Below are positions 28,342-37,213 of a DNA stretch of 64,000 nucleotides, piece by piece. Made by a program: the position numbers and the translations under genes. The stretch's first letter is position 1. Each line of letters opens with the position of its first letter. Below the pieces are notes generated by a model, which had not been told where the DNA came from, made no database searches, and saw nothing but the letters and a program-made list of their open reading frames with translations. The stretch covers positions 248,001 through 312,000 of IMG/VR virus record IMGVR_UViG_3300049793_000366. One strand, given 5' to 3'.

Positions 28342-29292
28342 TTATGATACTAATTTTTCCAAATTATTTATCCGCTTCCATTCTTTAGTTCCCATAAATA
28401 TTAGCTCATATTCTTGTAGAAAAGCTGCATAACTACCCATAACTTTTATGGCATCTTCTGCCCATTTGGAATCTCTGTTTGGTACTAAGTGATATGGAAT
28501 CCATTGTTTGACGTATATGTTTTTATCATCATAAACAAGGTCTTTGAAATGATTCTCACCATTAGGAGTACCGAGTATTGTTATCTTAGTGTTTTTTCGC
28601 GCTATTGCTGTTAGTTGATATACTTGACTGAATCTTCTTACAGCAGTAGGTGATAAGTGACCATAACCATCTACAATAGTAAAATCATAAGTCATACCCA
28701 AAGTTGAACCAGCACTGCCGTAGAATGTTCCTATTTTAATACATGAGCCATTATCGAATACTATTCTACTATTTGACATACTGAGTATACCAAGTTTAGC
28801 ATAGTAAGGTAAATTCTCATATAGAATTTTAATTTTTTCTAAAATTCTTTTAGCACCATCTATTTTATTATCCGTTATAAGTATTTTCTTATCATCCTGA
28901 TATGCATAGTGTAAAGCTTGTAATGCCAATATCAATGTCATTCCACTTTGTCTGGAATTGATTATAGTGTTAAACCTATTTGATTTGTAATTTTGTAAGG
29001 CTTGTGCTTGATATGGACGAAGTGAGACTGATGCGTAGCCTAAGTTACCAGTTAATGTTTTTGTAAGAGATAATAAATACTCAGGATCATCTTGTATTTT
29101 AAGTTTAGATGCTATTTCTTCTTCTGTGTAGTCGAATATAATACCAGATGCGCGATGTGCCTCATTTCTCCTATAATATGGTTGTGTGCGTGGGTATTCT
29201 GGTTCAATACCTAATAAACCTCCTAATTTCTTATCTCGGTTCTTTTGTTTCTCACTTCTACATTCTAATAATTCTGTTGACCAATTACTCAT
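28342..29292 (-). CDS. Degenerate terminase large-subunit ATPase domain (gp17-like) with R-tags at both ends
   Basis: LRPYQ, SRQSGMT (K>M), IVDGY (DE>DG), GTPNGENHF, FLQEYEL; no nuclease domain. Confidence 0.8.
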   Translation of the reverse strand: MSNWSTELLECRSEKQKNRDKKLGGLLGIEPEYPRTQPYYRRNEAHRASGIIFDYTEEEIASKLKIQDDPEYLLSLTKTLTGNLGYASVSLRPYQAQALQNYKSNRFNTIINSRQSGMTLILALQALHYAYQDDKKILITDNKIDGAKRILEKIKILYENLPYYAKLGILSMSNSRIVFDNGSCIKIGTFYGSAGSTLGMTYDFTIVDGYGHLSPTAVRRFSQVYQLTAIARKNTKITILGTPNGENHFKDLVYDDKNIYVKQWIPYHLVPNRDSKWAEDAIKVMGSYAAFLQEYELIFMGTKEWKRINNLEKLVS

Positions 29293-29854
29293 TTATAAAA
29301 TCGCGTACTATTTTCTCTGCTTCAAGCAGTGCAATATCTAAATCACGATTTAGTATTTGATAGTCGAACTTATCTGCTGTTTTTAGTTCAGTTTCCGCTT
29401 TATCTAAGCGTCTTTCTATACTCTCAGGTGTTTCGGTTCGTCTTAACTTCAATCGTTCTTCTAAGTCTTTAATAGAGGGTGGTAATACTATTATTGATAT
29501 GGCTTTATCACCAAATTGCTTTTTAAGATTTAAAGCACCAATAACATCCATATCAAATATCACATCTTTACCATTTTCCCATATTCTATTCACTTCTGAC
29601 TTTAATGTACCATAGAAATTATTGGTATATACCTCTTCCCATTCAACAAATTCTTCTTTTTCAATTTTATTTTTGAACTCATCAATTGATAGAAAATGGT
29701 AGTCTTTACCATCGATTTCGCCCCTTCTTATTGGGCGACTCGTTGCTGATATAGAAAATGATATTTCATTACTTAAAATACTCAGCAAATGCTTTACTAT
29801 CGTGGTTTTACCAGCTCCAGATGGTGCCGCAAATATTATTAATTTACCCTTCAT
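29285..29854 (-). CDS. gmk: Guanylate kinase
   Basis: APSGAGKTT, SATSRPIR.GE.DG.DYHF, YGT, DMDVIGA. Confidence 0.95.
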   Translation of the reverse strand: MKGKLIIFAAPSGAGKTTIVKHLLSILSNEISFSISATSRPIRRGEIDGKDYHFLSIDEFKNKIEKEEFVEWEEVYTNNFYGTLKSEVNRIWENGKDVIFDMDVIGALNLKKQFGDKAISIIVLPPSIKDLEERLKLRRTETPESIERRLDKAETELKTADKFDYQILNRDLDIALLEAEKIVRDFINE

Positions 29855-29874
29855 AGACTTAATTACTTTAGAAC

Positions 29875-29909
29875 TTATATTCATAAAGAGATGATTGTTT
29901 CAATATATA
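29875..29909. promoter_or_regulatory. Back-to-back middle (minus, AAAC-N15-AATATAA) and late (plus, AATATATA) promoters
   Basis: Motifs at 29875-29900 and 29902-29909. Confidence 0.6.
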
Positions 29910-29913
29910 CTAC

Positions 29914-30390
29914 ATGATTAATTTTTTAAAAATGTTGAAGTTGATTCTCAGGTCTAAAATAAATCATTTCATATCTATTGATTCTGCTACTTACTTTAAG
30001 TGGCGTTATTTGATACAGATATTAATAAGACTAAATAAGAACTACGTAGCGTGTGAGGTATTCAGAACGCGATACAAGGGACTAAGGAATATTGTGATTA
30101 TTGGTTTAAAGTGGAATGGTAAGAATGTAAAGAGAAGAACAAATGGGTACGCAAAGCAGTGGATATTAAGACATAAGAAGTATAACTGCCCTTATTGTGA
30201 ACAAAAGCTAACACCAGTTAATGCTACTAGTGACCATATTGTACCAATATCAGTTGGTGGTAATAATTGTCAAGTAAATATAATAGTTTGTTGTAAAGAT
30301 TGTAATGGTGAGAGAGGTGATAGAGAATTCTATTCCTACTTAAGATATAAGAATAAAAAATATGCGAATATTAAATTCCCATTTTTATAA
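29914..30390 (+). CDS. HNH endonuclease
   Basis: CPYC...DHIVP.S.GG.N...N...CKDCN. Confidence 0.9.
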   Translation: MINFLKMLKLILRSKINHFISIDSATYFKWRYLIQILIRLNKNYVACEVFRTRYKGLRNIVIIGLKWNGKNVKRRTNGYAKQWILRHKKYNCPYCEQKLTPVNATSDHIVPISVGGNNCQVNIIVCCKDCNGERGDREFYSYLRYKNKKYANIKFPFL

Positions 30391-31087
30391 GTGCTAACTC
30401 TCTTGATACGCTTTTCATCTCATTATATTGCTCTTCGTTTACGATGACACTAAGCTCTTTCAATTTACCAACTTCGTGTAGATTGTAACCACCTCTTATT
30501 TCAACCTTGTCATCCGTTACTGATGCGTCAACAACTGATAATTCAAGTATTGATGATTTTTTACCGAATAAAATTCGAGTATCGAAATAATTTATATATG
30601 GGTCAACATAGAGTGGTATATTATTCCATCTACCGACTACATCTATTATACCAGCACTACCATTTCTAATTCTTGCATCTGGTGTGTAATACATTGAATC
30701 TTGTAGATATGAACCAATTTGTGCATTTGTTATAATAAAATCAGCTTCTCTGGTTTCATACGCTAACCTTATATCTAAATCTCTAAGTATATCTTTATAT
30801 TCAAATGATATAACGCCATTTATATGACTAAATACAAATCCTGCTTTTTCAGCACTGTCATAAATTGTTTGACATAGTTTCCTTTGAATTTGTGTGATGT
30901 ATTGTTCTATTATAGCAGTAGTAAATCGTCCTTCACCAACTGAATCGAATGCTGGGTCGTTTCTATTTATAGCTATGCTAATACCAATCTCTTCTGATAG
31001 TGTATTTACTTTTGGTGTAGACCAATTAAATATTTCTATTATCTTTAACTTGTTTATTAAATTTGCTGTTATATTTTCTTTTAGCAT
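30371..31087 (-). CDS. Truncated gp23-like major capsid paralog with degenerate R-tag (start uncertain)
   Basis: ADFIITNAQIGSYL...VGRWNNIPLYVDPY...ILFGKK resembles the gp23 C-terminal half; ends SRELALIKMGI. Confidence 0.6.
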   Translation of the reverse strand: MLKENITANLINKLKIIEIFNWSTPKVNTLSEEIGISIAINRNDPAFDSVGEGRFTTAIIEQYITQIQRKLCQTIYDSAEKAGFVFSHINGVISFEYKDILRDLDIRLAYETREADFIITNAQIGSYLQDSMYYTPDARIRNGSAGIIDVVGRWNNIPLYVDPYINYFDTRILFGKKSSILELSVVDASVTDDKVEIRGGYNLHEVGKLKELSVIVNEEQYNEMKSVSRELALIKMGI

Positions 31088-32234
31088 CCGGATTGTACTC
31101 TTTTTTTTGCTTAGGGATCCACACCGCATCGTATTGGTCTCTAGAGAAAAACTTTGGTAAGTCTAACTTCTTATATGGGTCACCACCTGTAAGCTGTGCT
31201 AACTTATTTAAATCTTTTATAGCTGATATCCTTTGTAAGTAAGTAAATGGGTCTGATGGCTTTTTCTTCTCTATTAAATTATCAAACAATTTCTTCCAAA
31301 GAAATACAGAGAAGCCTTCTTTTAATTTCATTGCTGAGTTCTTATGTCCTGTACCATCATTATCAAAGAAATATTGCATATCGAGATTGGCTTCTATGAA
31401 TCTCATGTCAGTATTAACACCAACAACACCAATAGAATTAGGATAGAACAATGAGTCGAGATATCCTTCGAATACTGTTACTTTTTCCATAACATCGATA
31501 TTTAAAATACCAAAATAATAAGATAGCTTATTATATAGTACCAATTCGTTTAAGTCAAAGTCTGCTAATTTTTCCTCACCATATAACCATTTGTATAAAC
31601 TCTCATAATTATAGATTTTGAAAAATCTGGCTCTACCATCTTTCATATTTCTAATCTGCATCCCTAATACTTTACCACCTCTTCTATTCAGAAGACATAT
31701 AATACCTTCTTTTGATTCAGCATTTCTCCAATAGTTACCTTCATAAATATTACTAATTACATCTTCTGGTATACCTCGTTTTGTAACCAGGTAGTGATAT
31801 GTTGGTGAACCTTTTTCTACTGGTTTAAAATCTGTTATTGGTGTTTCGTATGTATTGAATAGCTTAGTCAATTCTTCCAAAGAAAGAAGTTTACTCATCT
31901 GTGTCTCAACCGCATTGTCCTCGAAGTCTGAATAAGTTACATTACTTGCTATGTGTTCTATGATTTCCAATTTAACACCAGGGTCCAATTGTTGATTGAA
32001 ATCTCGACACATCTTATCAAACGATGTTCTGTGGTCACAGTTAAAGCAAACGAATATTAATTTATTCCACCATATATTTCCTCTCTTGGCATTTCGGTCA
32101 GTAGAAGAGTCACCACAATATGGACAAGCAAAATTCATCCTATCGTGGTAGTCATATATACGTCTCTTCTCAACCAATTTAAATTGGGTGTTAAGTATGT
32201 CTTGAAGACTATTTTTTATATATGATTTGTCCAT
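31026..32234 (-). CDS. gp61: DNA primase (gp61-like)
   Basis: CPYCGDS...CFNC zinc domain; Toprim FEGYLDS, FFDND. Confidence 0.9.
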   Translation of the reverse strand: MDKSYIKNSLQDILNTQFKLVEKRRIYDYHDRMNFACPYCGDSSTDRNAKRGNIWWNKLIFVCFNCDHRTSFDKMCRDFNQQLDPGVKLEIIEHIASNVTYSDFEDNAVETQMSKLLSLEELTKLFNTYETPITDFKPVEKGSPTYHYLVTKRGIPEDVISNIYEGNYWRNAESKEGIICLLNRRGGKVLGMQIRNMKDGRARFFKIYNYESLYKWLYGEEKLADFDLNELVLYNKLSYYFGILNIDVMEKVTVFEGYLDSLFYPNSIGVVGVNTDMRFIEANLDMQYFFDNDGTGHKNSAMKLKEGFSVFLWKKLFDNLIEKKKPSDPFTYLQRISAIKDLNKLAQLTGGDPYKKLDLPKFFSRDQYDAVWIPKQKKEYNPDAKRKYNSKFNKQVKDNRNI

Positions 32235-32236
32235 AA

Positions 32237-32298
32237 TTTGGATTTTAAGCCTAAATTTATTATCTTTACATATTGTATTATTTTTTTAGAAATGGTTT
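32237..32298. promoter_or_regulatory. Face-to-face early (plus, TTTG-N20-TATCTTTA) and middle (minus, AAAC-N15-AATACAA) promoters
   Basis: Motifs at 32237-32268 and 32273-32298. Confidence 0.65.
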
Positions 32299-32300
32299 AA

Positions 32301-32612
32301 ATGAAGTATGGAACATTCTTAATAATTGAAGCTTGTGAGAAGCTTGGGTTTCCTGTTGTAATAAACAAGACTGATAAAATAGTGACTATAACTGATGTGT
32401 ATAATGATATCACTTATACATTTAGCGTGATTAATGTTGATAATTTCACCAAAGAGTTTTACGAGAACTCTGGTAGAATTAAATATCGCAATCAATCTAT
32501 ATCCGCGTATGTACACAAAGAGATTAAAGAGCTTAGAAAAGATCCACATTTCGATAAAAGATGGAATACCATAAGACTGAGAAACAGCAACTTAGCTCAG
32601 TTATTAGGATAA
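32301..32612 (+). CDS. Early hypothetical protein with C-terminal R-tag (LRNSNLAQLL)
   Basis: ORF; motif. Confidence 0.7.
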   Translation: MKYGTFLIIEACEKLGFPVVINKTDKIVTITDVYNDITYTFSVINVDNFTKEFYENSGRIKYRNQSISAYVHKEIKELRKDPHFDKRWNTIRLRNSNLAQLLG

Positions 32613-32625
32613 AAATGATCCAAAA

Positions 32626-32657
32626 TTTGGTAGTCCGGTATTTATTTACTATATTTG
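32626..32657 (+). promoter_or_regulatory. Early promoter TTTG-N20-TATATTTG
   Basis: Perfect Bacteroidota consensus. Confidence 0.85.
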
Positions 32658-32685
32658 TATCAAATAAATCTAAAAACTGAAAAAC

Positions 32686-33849
32686 ATGGCTATTAGAACA
32701 CGCAGAAATTTCAACGAAAGAAAACCTTTCAATAAGCAAGAACTGTTTAAGTTCATTGATAAATTTGAAATCGAAATGGATGGTGATTTGCTTATCACTA
32801 AGTTTGACGGACGTATTGTTAAGTCTGTTAGTGTTTCAAATAGATATGAAATATTTGATTTCCGTAGTTACTTAAAAGATAAGATTGCTCTTATCTCTGA
32901 GAATTTCGAAATCACTGAGTACAGTCACTACTTCACTGGTGGTATTCAAGAAATTCGTTTGTTCTCTGATAAAGTTACAATCGGTGAAGACGTTTATGAG
33001 AAGTGTTTCTACTTCCTTAACTCAACCGATAAGACAAGAGTTCTTAACATGAACCTTGGTTTTTACAACCGCACGAAAGATGTGTATTTCGCATTCTCTA
33101 AGTCAGAGTTCTCTCTTCGTAAGAAACACTTAACGGGTGTTACTGAAGCTGCTAACAGTTTGACTATCAAGTTTTCTGAGCAACCATTTGATGAAGAGAT
33201 TAAAGCGATGAAATCTCTTTTGAATCACTCAGTTAAGCTTTCTAAAATTCAAGAAATTCTTGTACAAACAGAACGCGAGTCTGACACAAATTCATCAGGG
33301 CATTTACGTTTCGATGCTTTCAAAACAGCACTTGAAAGACGTATGCGTACAAACAAAAATGAGCAAAACATTTTACGCACAAGTTCTGAGAGTTTAGAAA
33401 AGAAATACAGTGGTAAAGACGGTGATAGATATGACTTCTACGTAGATGCTTATGATACATTCGTTATCTATACAAGCTTATTCGCTTACCGTGACTCATA
33501 TACCATCGCAAAAGAAACTGAACGCATTTTGAACATCACACAACAGATGATTCGTAATACAAAGCTTGATGCTTTATTCTCTTTACTTGATGAAAAGCTT
33601 GACCCATCTGAAATCGTTAAGACTAAGAGAGAAAACAGAAGTGTAGAAGAATTCGATGGATTCAAAGTGGGTGATAAAGTAACTTGGATGTTGCGTTCAG
33701 CTAAAACCAAGATGCGCGGTAAGATTACAAACCTACGAGCATATAAAGGTGATACAAGCAAGATGATTGCTAAAATCAAAACAAAGGATGCTACTTATGA
33801 AGCATACGTATCTAAATTAGTAAAAGAAGAATCGAAAGTAGTAGCATAA
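32686..33849 (+). CDS. DUF932-like protein with internal R-tag and C-terminal KOW/SH3-like domain
   Basis: FLNSTDKT...LGFY..RKKH; IRNTKLDALF; FKVGDKVTW. Confidence 0.5.
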   Translation: MAIRTRRNFNERKPFNKQELFKFIDKFEIEMDGDLLITKFDGRIVKSVSVSNRYEIFDFRSYLKDKIALISENFEITEYSHYFTGGIQEIRLFSDKVTIGEDVYEKCFYFLNSTDKTRVLNMNLGFYNRTKDVYFAFSKSEFSLRKKHLTGVTEAANSLTIKFSEQPFDEEIKAMKSLLNHSVKLSKIQEILVQTERESDTNSSGHLRFDAFKTALERRMRTNKNEQNILRTSSESLEKKYSGKDGDRYDFYVDAYDTFVIYTSLFAYRDSYTIAKETERILNITQQMIRNTKLDALFSLLDEKLDPSEIVKTKRENRSVEEFDGFKVGDKVTWMLRSAKTKMRGKITNLRAYKGDTSKMIAKIKTKDATYEAYVSKLVKEESKVVA

Positions 33850-34076
33850 TGGTAGAACGTCCTTGGAAGAAAAGTAAAAACACAAATAATAACGATAAGA
33901 TTTACTCACCAGAAGATTATTCTGGTGAGTTTAATCATTTAATAATGGAGAAGGAAGTTATAACACAGCTACTCTCTTTAACTAAGGATTATAATCAAAC
34001 AGCATACGGGCTTAAAATCTCAAAGAGAACTCTGCTGAGAAGAATCAAAGCACATCAAATACAAGTAGATGTATAA
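33849..34076 (+). CDS. Fis-type HTH protein
   Basis: NQTAYGLKISKRTLLRRIKAHQI. Confidence 0.7.
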   Translation: MVERPWKKSKNTNNNDKIYSPEDYSGEFNHLIMEKEVITQLLSLTKDYNQTAYGLKISKRTLLRRIKAHQIQVDV

Positions 34077-34461
34077 GAAAATGACCACCGATTTACTCAC
34101 AGCTTATGATTTAATCTGGGAGTCAAAGTACACGACAGTTATACTTGGTGTTGGTACGCAGATAGATGAAGGAGTGACTGAGCTTGTTATCGATTATGTA
34201 GAAATATCAAAGTCTAAAATACCTCTTAGAGATAAAGAGGTATTTGGCGTTTCAGATGATTGTATAACGCTATCTGACTTTATATCAGATGTTTACTATC
34301 CGCAAAGACAGGCACCGGATGATTCCTGTGTAAAGGATGTTAATAAAACTTTAGGTAAATGGTGGGTTAATAATCAACTATTTAAGATTGTGAGTATAGA
34401 AGAATATCTAAACTGGAAATCAGAACAACGTAATAACACCATTGATACAATAATAGAATGA
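34069..34461 (+). CDS. Hypothetical protein with C-terminal R-tag (QRNNTIDTII)
   Basis: ORF; motif. Confidence 0.7.
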   Translation: MYKKMTTDLLTAYDLIWESKYTTVILGVGTQIDEGVTELVIDYVEISKSKIPLRDKEVFGVSDDCITLSDFISDVYYPQRQAPDDSCVKDVNKTLGKWWVNNQLFKIVSIEEYLNWKSEQRNNTIDTIIE

Positions 34462-35054
34462 TGAAAGTAGCTATAACTGGTGAAATGGGAGCAGGTAAAT
34501 CCTTCTGTGCGGAATTATTCGCAAAGCTTGGTGTACCTGTTTTTAACTTTGACAAAGCGGTTAAGGAGCAACAGAATATAAATAAAAAACTAAGAGCGGA
34601 GATTATCGAAGCATTTGGAAATGTTTATATTGATGATAGGCTTAATATTCCAGTTGTTAGAAAATTAGTATTTGAAGACTCTGATGAATCAAGAAGTAAT
34701 CTGAAAAGACTAACAAAAATATGCTCTCCTTATGCACAAAACGCTTTTGATGAATTCTCTGAACAAAATTCAAAACACCCTTACACACTCGCTGAATCTG
34801 CTATCTTATTTGAGTCCGGACTTAATCGCTCTTTCGATAGGATTATTTATGTCACCGCAGATGCGGAATTAAGGCTAAAGAAAGCCATTGAACGCGATGG
34901 TATAACAGAGTTTGAATATAAACAGAGAATGAAAGACCAAATGGATTCTGAAATGAAGAAGAAGGGTTCTCAATTTATTATTACAAACGACTACACTGAT
35001 AATCTATTAACTCAGGTTGAGTCTTTACATAAAAGATTAGTATCGCTATGTTAG
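34458..35054 (+). CDS. coaE: Dephospho-CoA kinase
   Basis: AITGEMGAGKS, ESAILFESG, RDG, RMKDQM, IITND. Confidence 0.9.
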   Translation: MMKVAITGEMGAGKSFCAELFAKLGVPVFNFDKAVKEQQNINKKLRAEIIEAFGNVYIDDRLNIPVVRKLVFEDSDESRSNLKRLTKICSPYAQNAFDEFSEQNSKHPYTLAESAILFESGLNRSFDRIIYVTADAELRLKKAIERDGITEFEYKQRMKDQMDSEMKKKGSQFIITNDYTDNLLTQVESLHKRLVSLC

Positions 35055-35425
35055 AAGCCAAAATGCTCTCATATAAAAAGTTTGCACTGGTATTAGACCT
35101 ACCAGTTATGTCTACTGAGAAAGCCGCTAAGTATGGTGATATAACAGAGCATAGATGGACTACGATTGAATATATGATTCGATACCGTATTCCTGTTTCT
35201 GTTGTTTCTAATAACTATATCAATCCTTGCGATGATAAGAAATCGATAAAGCAATTTTTCGATAGCAAATTCAAAGGTCGTTATAGAATTGTATCTGAGA
35301 ATAAATCTGTTAGACTACCAGATGGTAGAATAATGAATGTATATTTACCAACAAACATAAAAGTATTTAAAAGTTTACAAGAGTTGAGAGATATCTCAAT
35401 TGAATCACTATTAGAGGAAGATTAA
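35048..35425 (+). CDS. Hypothetical protein with C-terminal R-tag (LRDISIESLL)
   Basis: ORF; motif. Confidence 0.7.
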   Translation: MLEAKMLSYKKFALVLDLPVMSTEKAAKYGDITEHRWTTIEYMIRYRIPVSVVSNNYINPCDDKKSIKQFFDSKFKGRYRIVSENKSVRLPDGRIMNVYLPTNIKVFKSLQELRDISIESLLEED

Positions 35426-35426
35426 T

Positions 35427-35888
35427 ATGACAACACGACCATTTATTTTATATTTTAGCTTCATGCTTACATTTTTAGCACTCGCTATATTTGTACACCC
35501 GTTATACACGATAGGCTGTGCTGTACCGGCAGTTGTACTCACTATTATGGAGTTTATAATATGCTCTGATTCTGATGATAGTAAAATTTTTGCGTTTGTC
35601 TATATTGGTAAACTAAAAAGGGTGAAAACAGAATTTAGTAGATTCTATGTAACCGTCAATAATAAAAAACGTTCTGTTTTATATCAAGATAAGTTTTTTT
35701 ATATGAAAAGTATATCATATACAGGTTTTGAAAATATGGATAAGCTAAAGGAGTGGGTGAAGCATAATGTTGAATATACTTGTTCAAACATTAAAGCTAA
35801 ATCAGATTTAAAGAAGGAATTGATGTTATGGAATGGCCACATTGATAAACAGGTCGAAAGAAATGAAAAATTAAACGAAGTATTATGA
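35427..35888 (+). CDS. Membrane protein with C-terminal R-tag (ERNEKLNEVL)
   Basis: Two N-terminal TM segments; motif. Confidence 0.7.
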   Translation: MTTRPFILYFSFMLTFLALAIFVHPLYTIGCAVPAVVLTIMEFIICSDSDDSKIFAFVYIGKLKRVKTEFSRFYVTVNNKKRSVLYQDKFFYMKSISYTGFENMDKLKEWVKHNVEYTCSNIKAKSDLKKELMLWNGHIDKQVERNEKLNEVL

Positions 35889-37159
35889 AGGTAGATGTAC
35901 TATTAGGATTGCAATGGGGTGACGAGGGAAAAGGAAAACTTGTTGATTTTATAACTCCGAATTACGATATAATCGCGAGATTTCAAGGTGGTGCTAATGC
36001 TGGTCATACACTTATATTCAATGGTGAGAAACACGTATTACATTTGATACCATCTGGTATTTTCAGAGATAATTGTGTGAATGTTATTGGTAGTGGTGTA
36101 GTTATCGATCCTATATCATTAAAAGAAGAAATACAAACATTAGAATCATTTGGTATAGATGTTAAATCTAAACTTCTGATTTCAAGAAGAGCGCATTTGA
36201 TATTACCGACACATAGACTTTTAGATAAAGCTTCTGAGCAATCAAAAGGTAAAAGTAAAATTGGTTCAACACTTAAGGGAATTGGACCAGCTTATATGGA
36301 CAAGACTGGTAGAAATGGAATTCGCGTTGGTGATATAAAGAATGATAGTAAATTAAATTATCAGAAGTTAGTTCAAAAACATTTGGATTTATTATCTATC
36401 TATGAAGATTTTGAAATTGATGCAAATCAATATGAAGCAGAAGAATTAAAATGGTTTGATGCTATTGAGTTCATTAAATCATATAATATTGTTGATGCTG
36501 AACATTATATTAATAAAGCACTGAGTAATAGAAAGACTGTACTTGCTGAGGGCGCACAGGGTTCTATGTTAGATGTTGACCATGGTACATATCCATTTGT
36601 TACATCTTCCAACACAACAATCTCTGGTGTTTGCTCTGGTCTTGGTGTATCACCACACGCAATTGGTAACATAACTGGTATATTCAAAGCGTATGCTACT
36701 CGCGTTGGTTCTGGTCCATTTCCTACTGAGCTTGATAATGAAGTAGGTGAAAAGATGAGAAGTATCGGTGGTGAATTTGGTGCTACGACAGGTAGACCAA
36801 GACGCTGTGGTTGGTTAGACCTACCAGCATTGAAATATGCTATAATGATTAACGGTGTTACTGAGTTAAATATGATGAAACTTGATGTACTCAGTGGATT
36901 TGAAACTATACAAGTTTGCACTGGGTATCAAATTGGTGATGAAATATTTACAGAAACAATTCCATTTGATTTAAGCACTGAGATAAAACCAATATTGAAA
37001 GAATTCAAAGGTTGGAATGTGGATATCACGGCTATTAGAAATTTCGAAGACTTACCTCAACTTGCTAAGGATTATATTTCATTTATACAATTGGAAACCA
37101 ATAAACCAATCACTCGTATATCTGTTGGTCCCGACAGAACACAGACTATTATGAGATAG
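35885..37159 (+). CDS. purA: Adenylosuccinate synthetase
   Basis: QWGDEGKGK, RFQGGANAGHT, EGAQG..LD.DHGTYPFVTSS, GATTGRPRRCGW. Confidence 0.97.
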   Translation: MKVDVLLGLQWGDEGKGKLVDFITPNYDIIARFQGGANAGHTLIFNGEKHVLHLIPSGIFRDNCVNVIGSGVVIDPISLKEEIQTLESFGIDVKSKLLISRRAHLILPTHRLLDKASEQSKGKSKIGSTLKGIGPAYMDKTGRNGIRVGDIKNDSKLNYQKLVQKHLDLLSIYEDFEIDANQYEAEELKWFDAIEFIKSYNIVDAEHYINKALSNRKTVLAEGAQGSMLDVDHGTYPFVTSSNTTISGVCSGLGVSPHAIGNITGIFKAYATRVGSGPFPTELDNEVGEKMRSIGGEFGATTGRPRRCGWLDLPALKYAIMINGVTELNMMKLDVLSGFETIQVCTGYQIGDEIFTETIPFDLSTEIKPILKEFKGWNVDITAIRNFEDLPQLAKDYISFIQLETNKPITRISVGPDRTQTIMR

Positions 37160-37163
37160 TATT

Positions 37164-37189
37164 AAACTTTTTGATTTTACATCATAGAA
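37164..37189 (+). promoter_or_regulatory. Putative middle promoter AAAC-N15-CATAGAA
   Basis: Recurring motif. Confidence 0.6.
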
Positions 37190-37213
37190 GTAAAATAACT
37201 TAAATTTTACTAT

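Noticed and set aside
29914-30390. HNH as a mobile homing endonuclease
   Set aside because: It is short, free-standing, has a late motif and interrupts no gene, so mobility is unsupported.
35885-37159. PurZ (2-aminoadenine genome) candidate
   Set aside because: The P-loop is canonical GDEGKG with the catalytic Asp; PurZ has Ser there. Called ordinary PurA.
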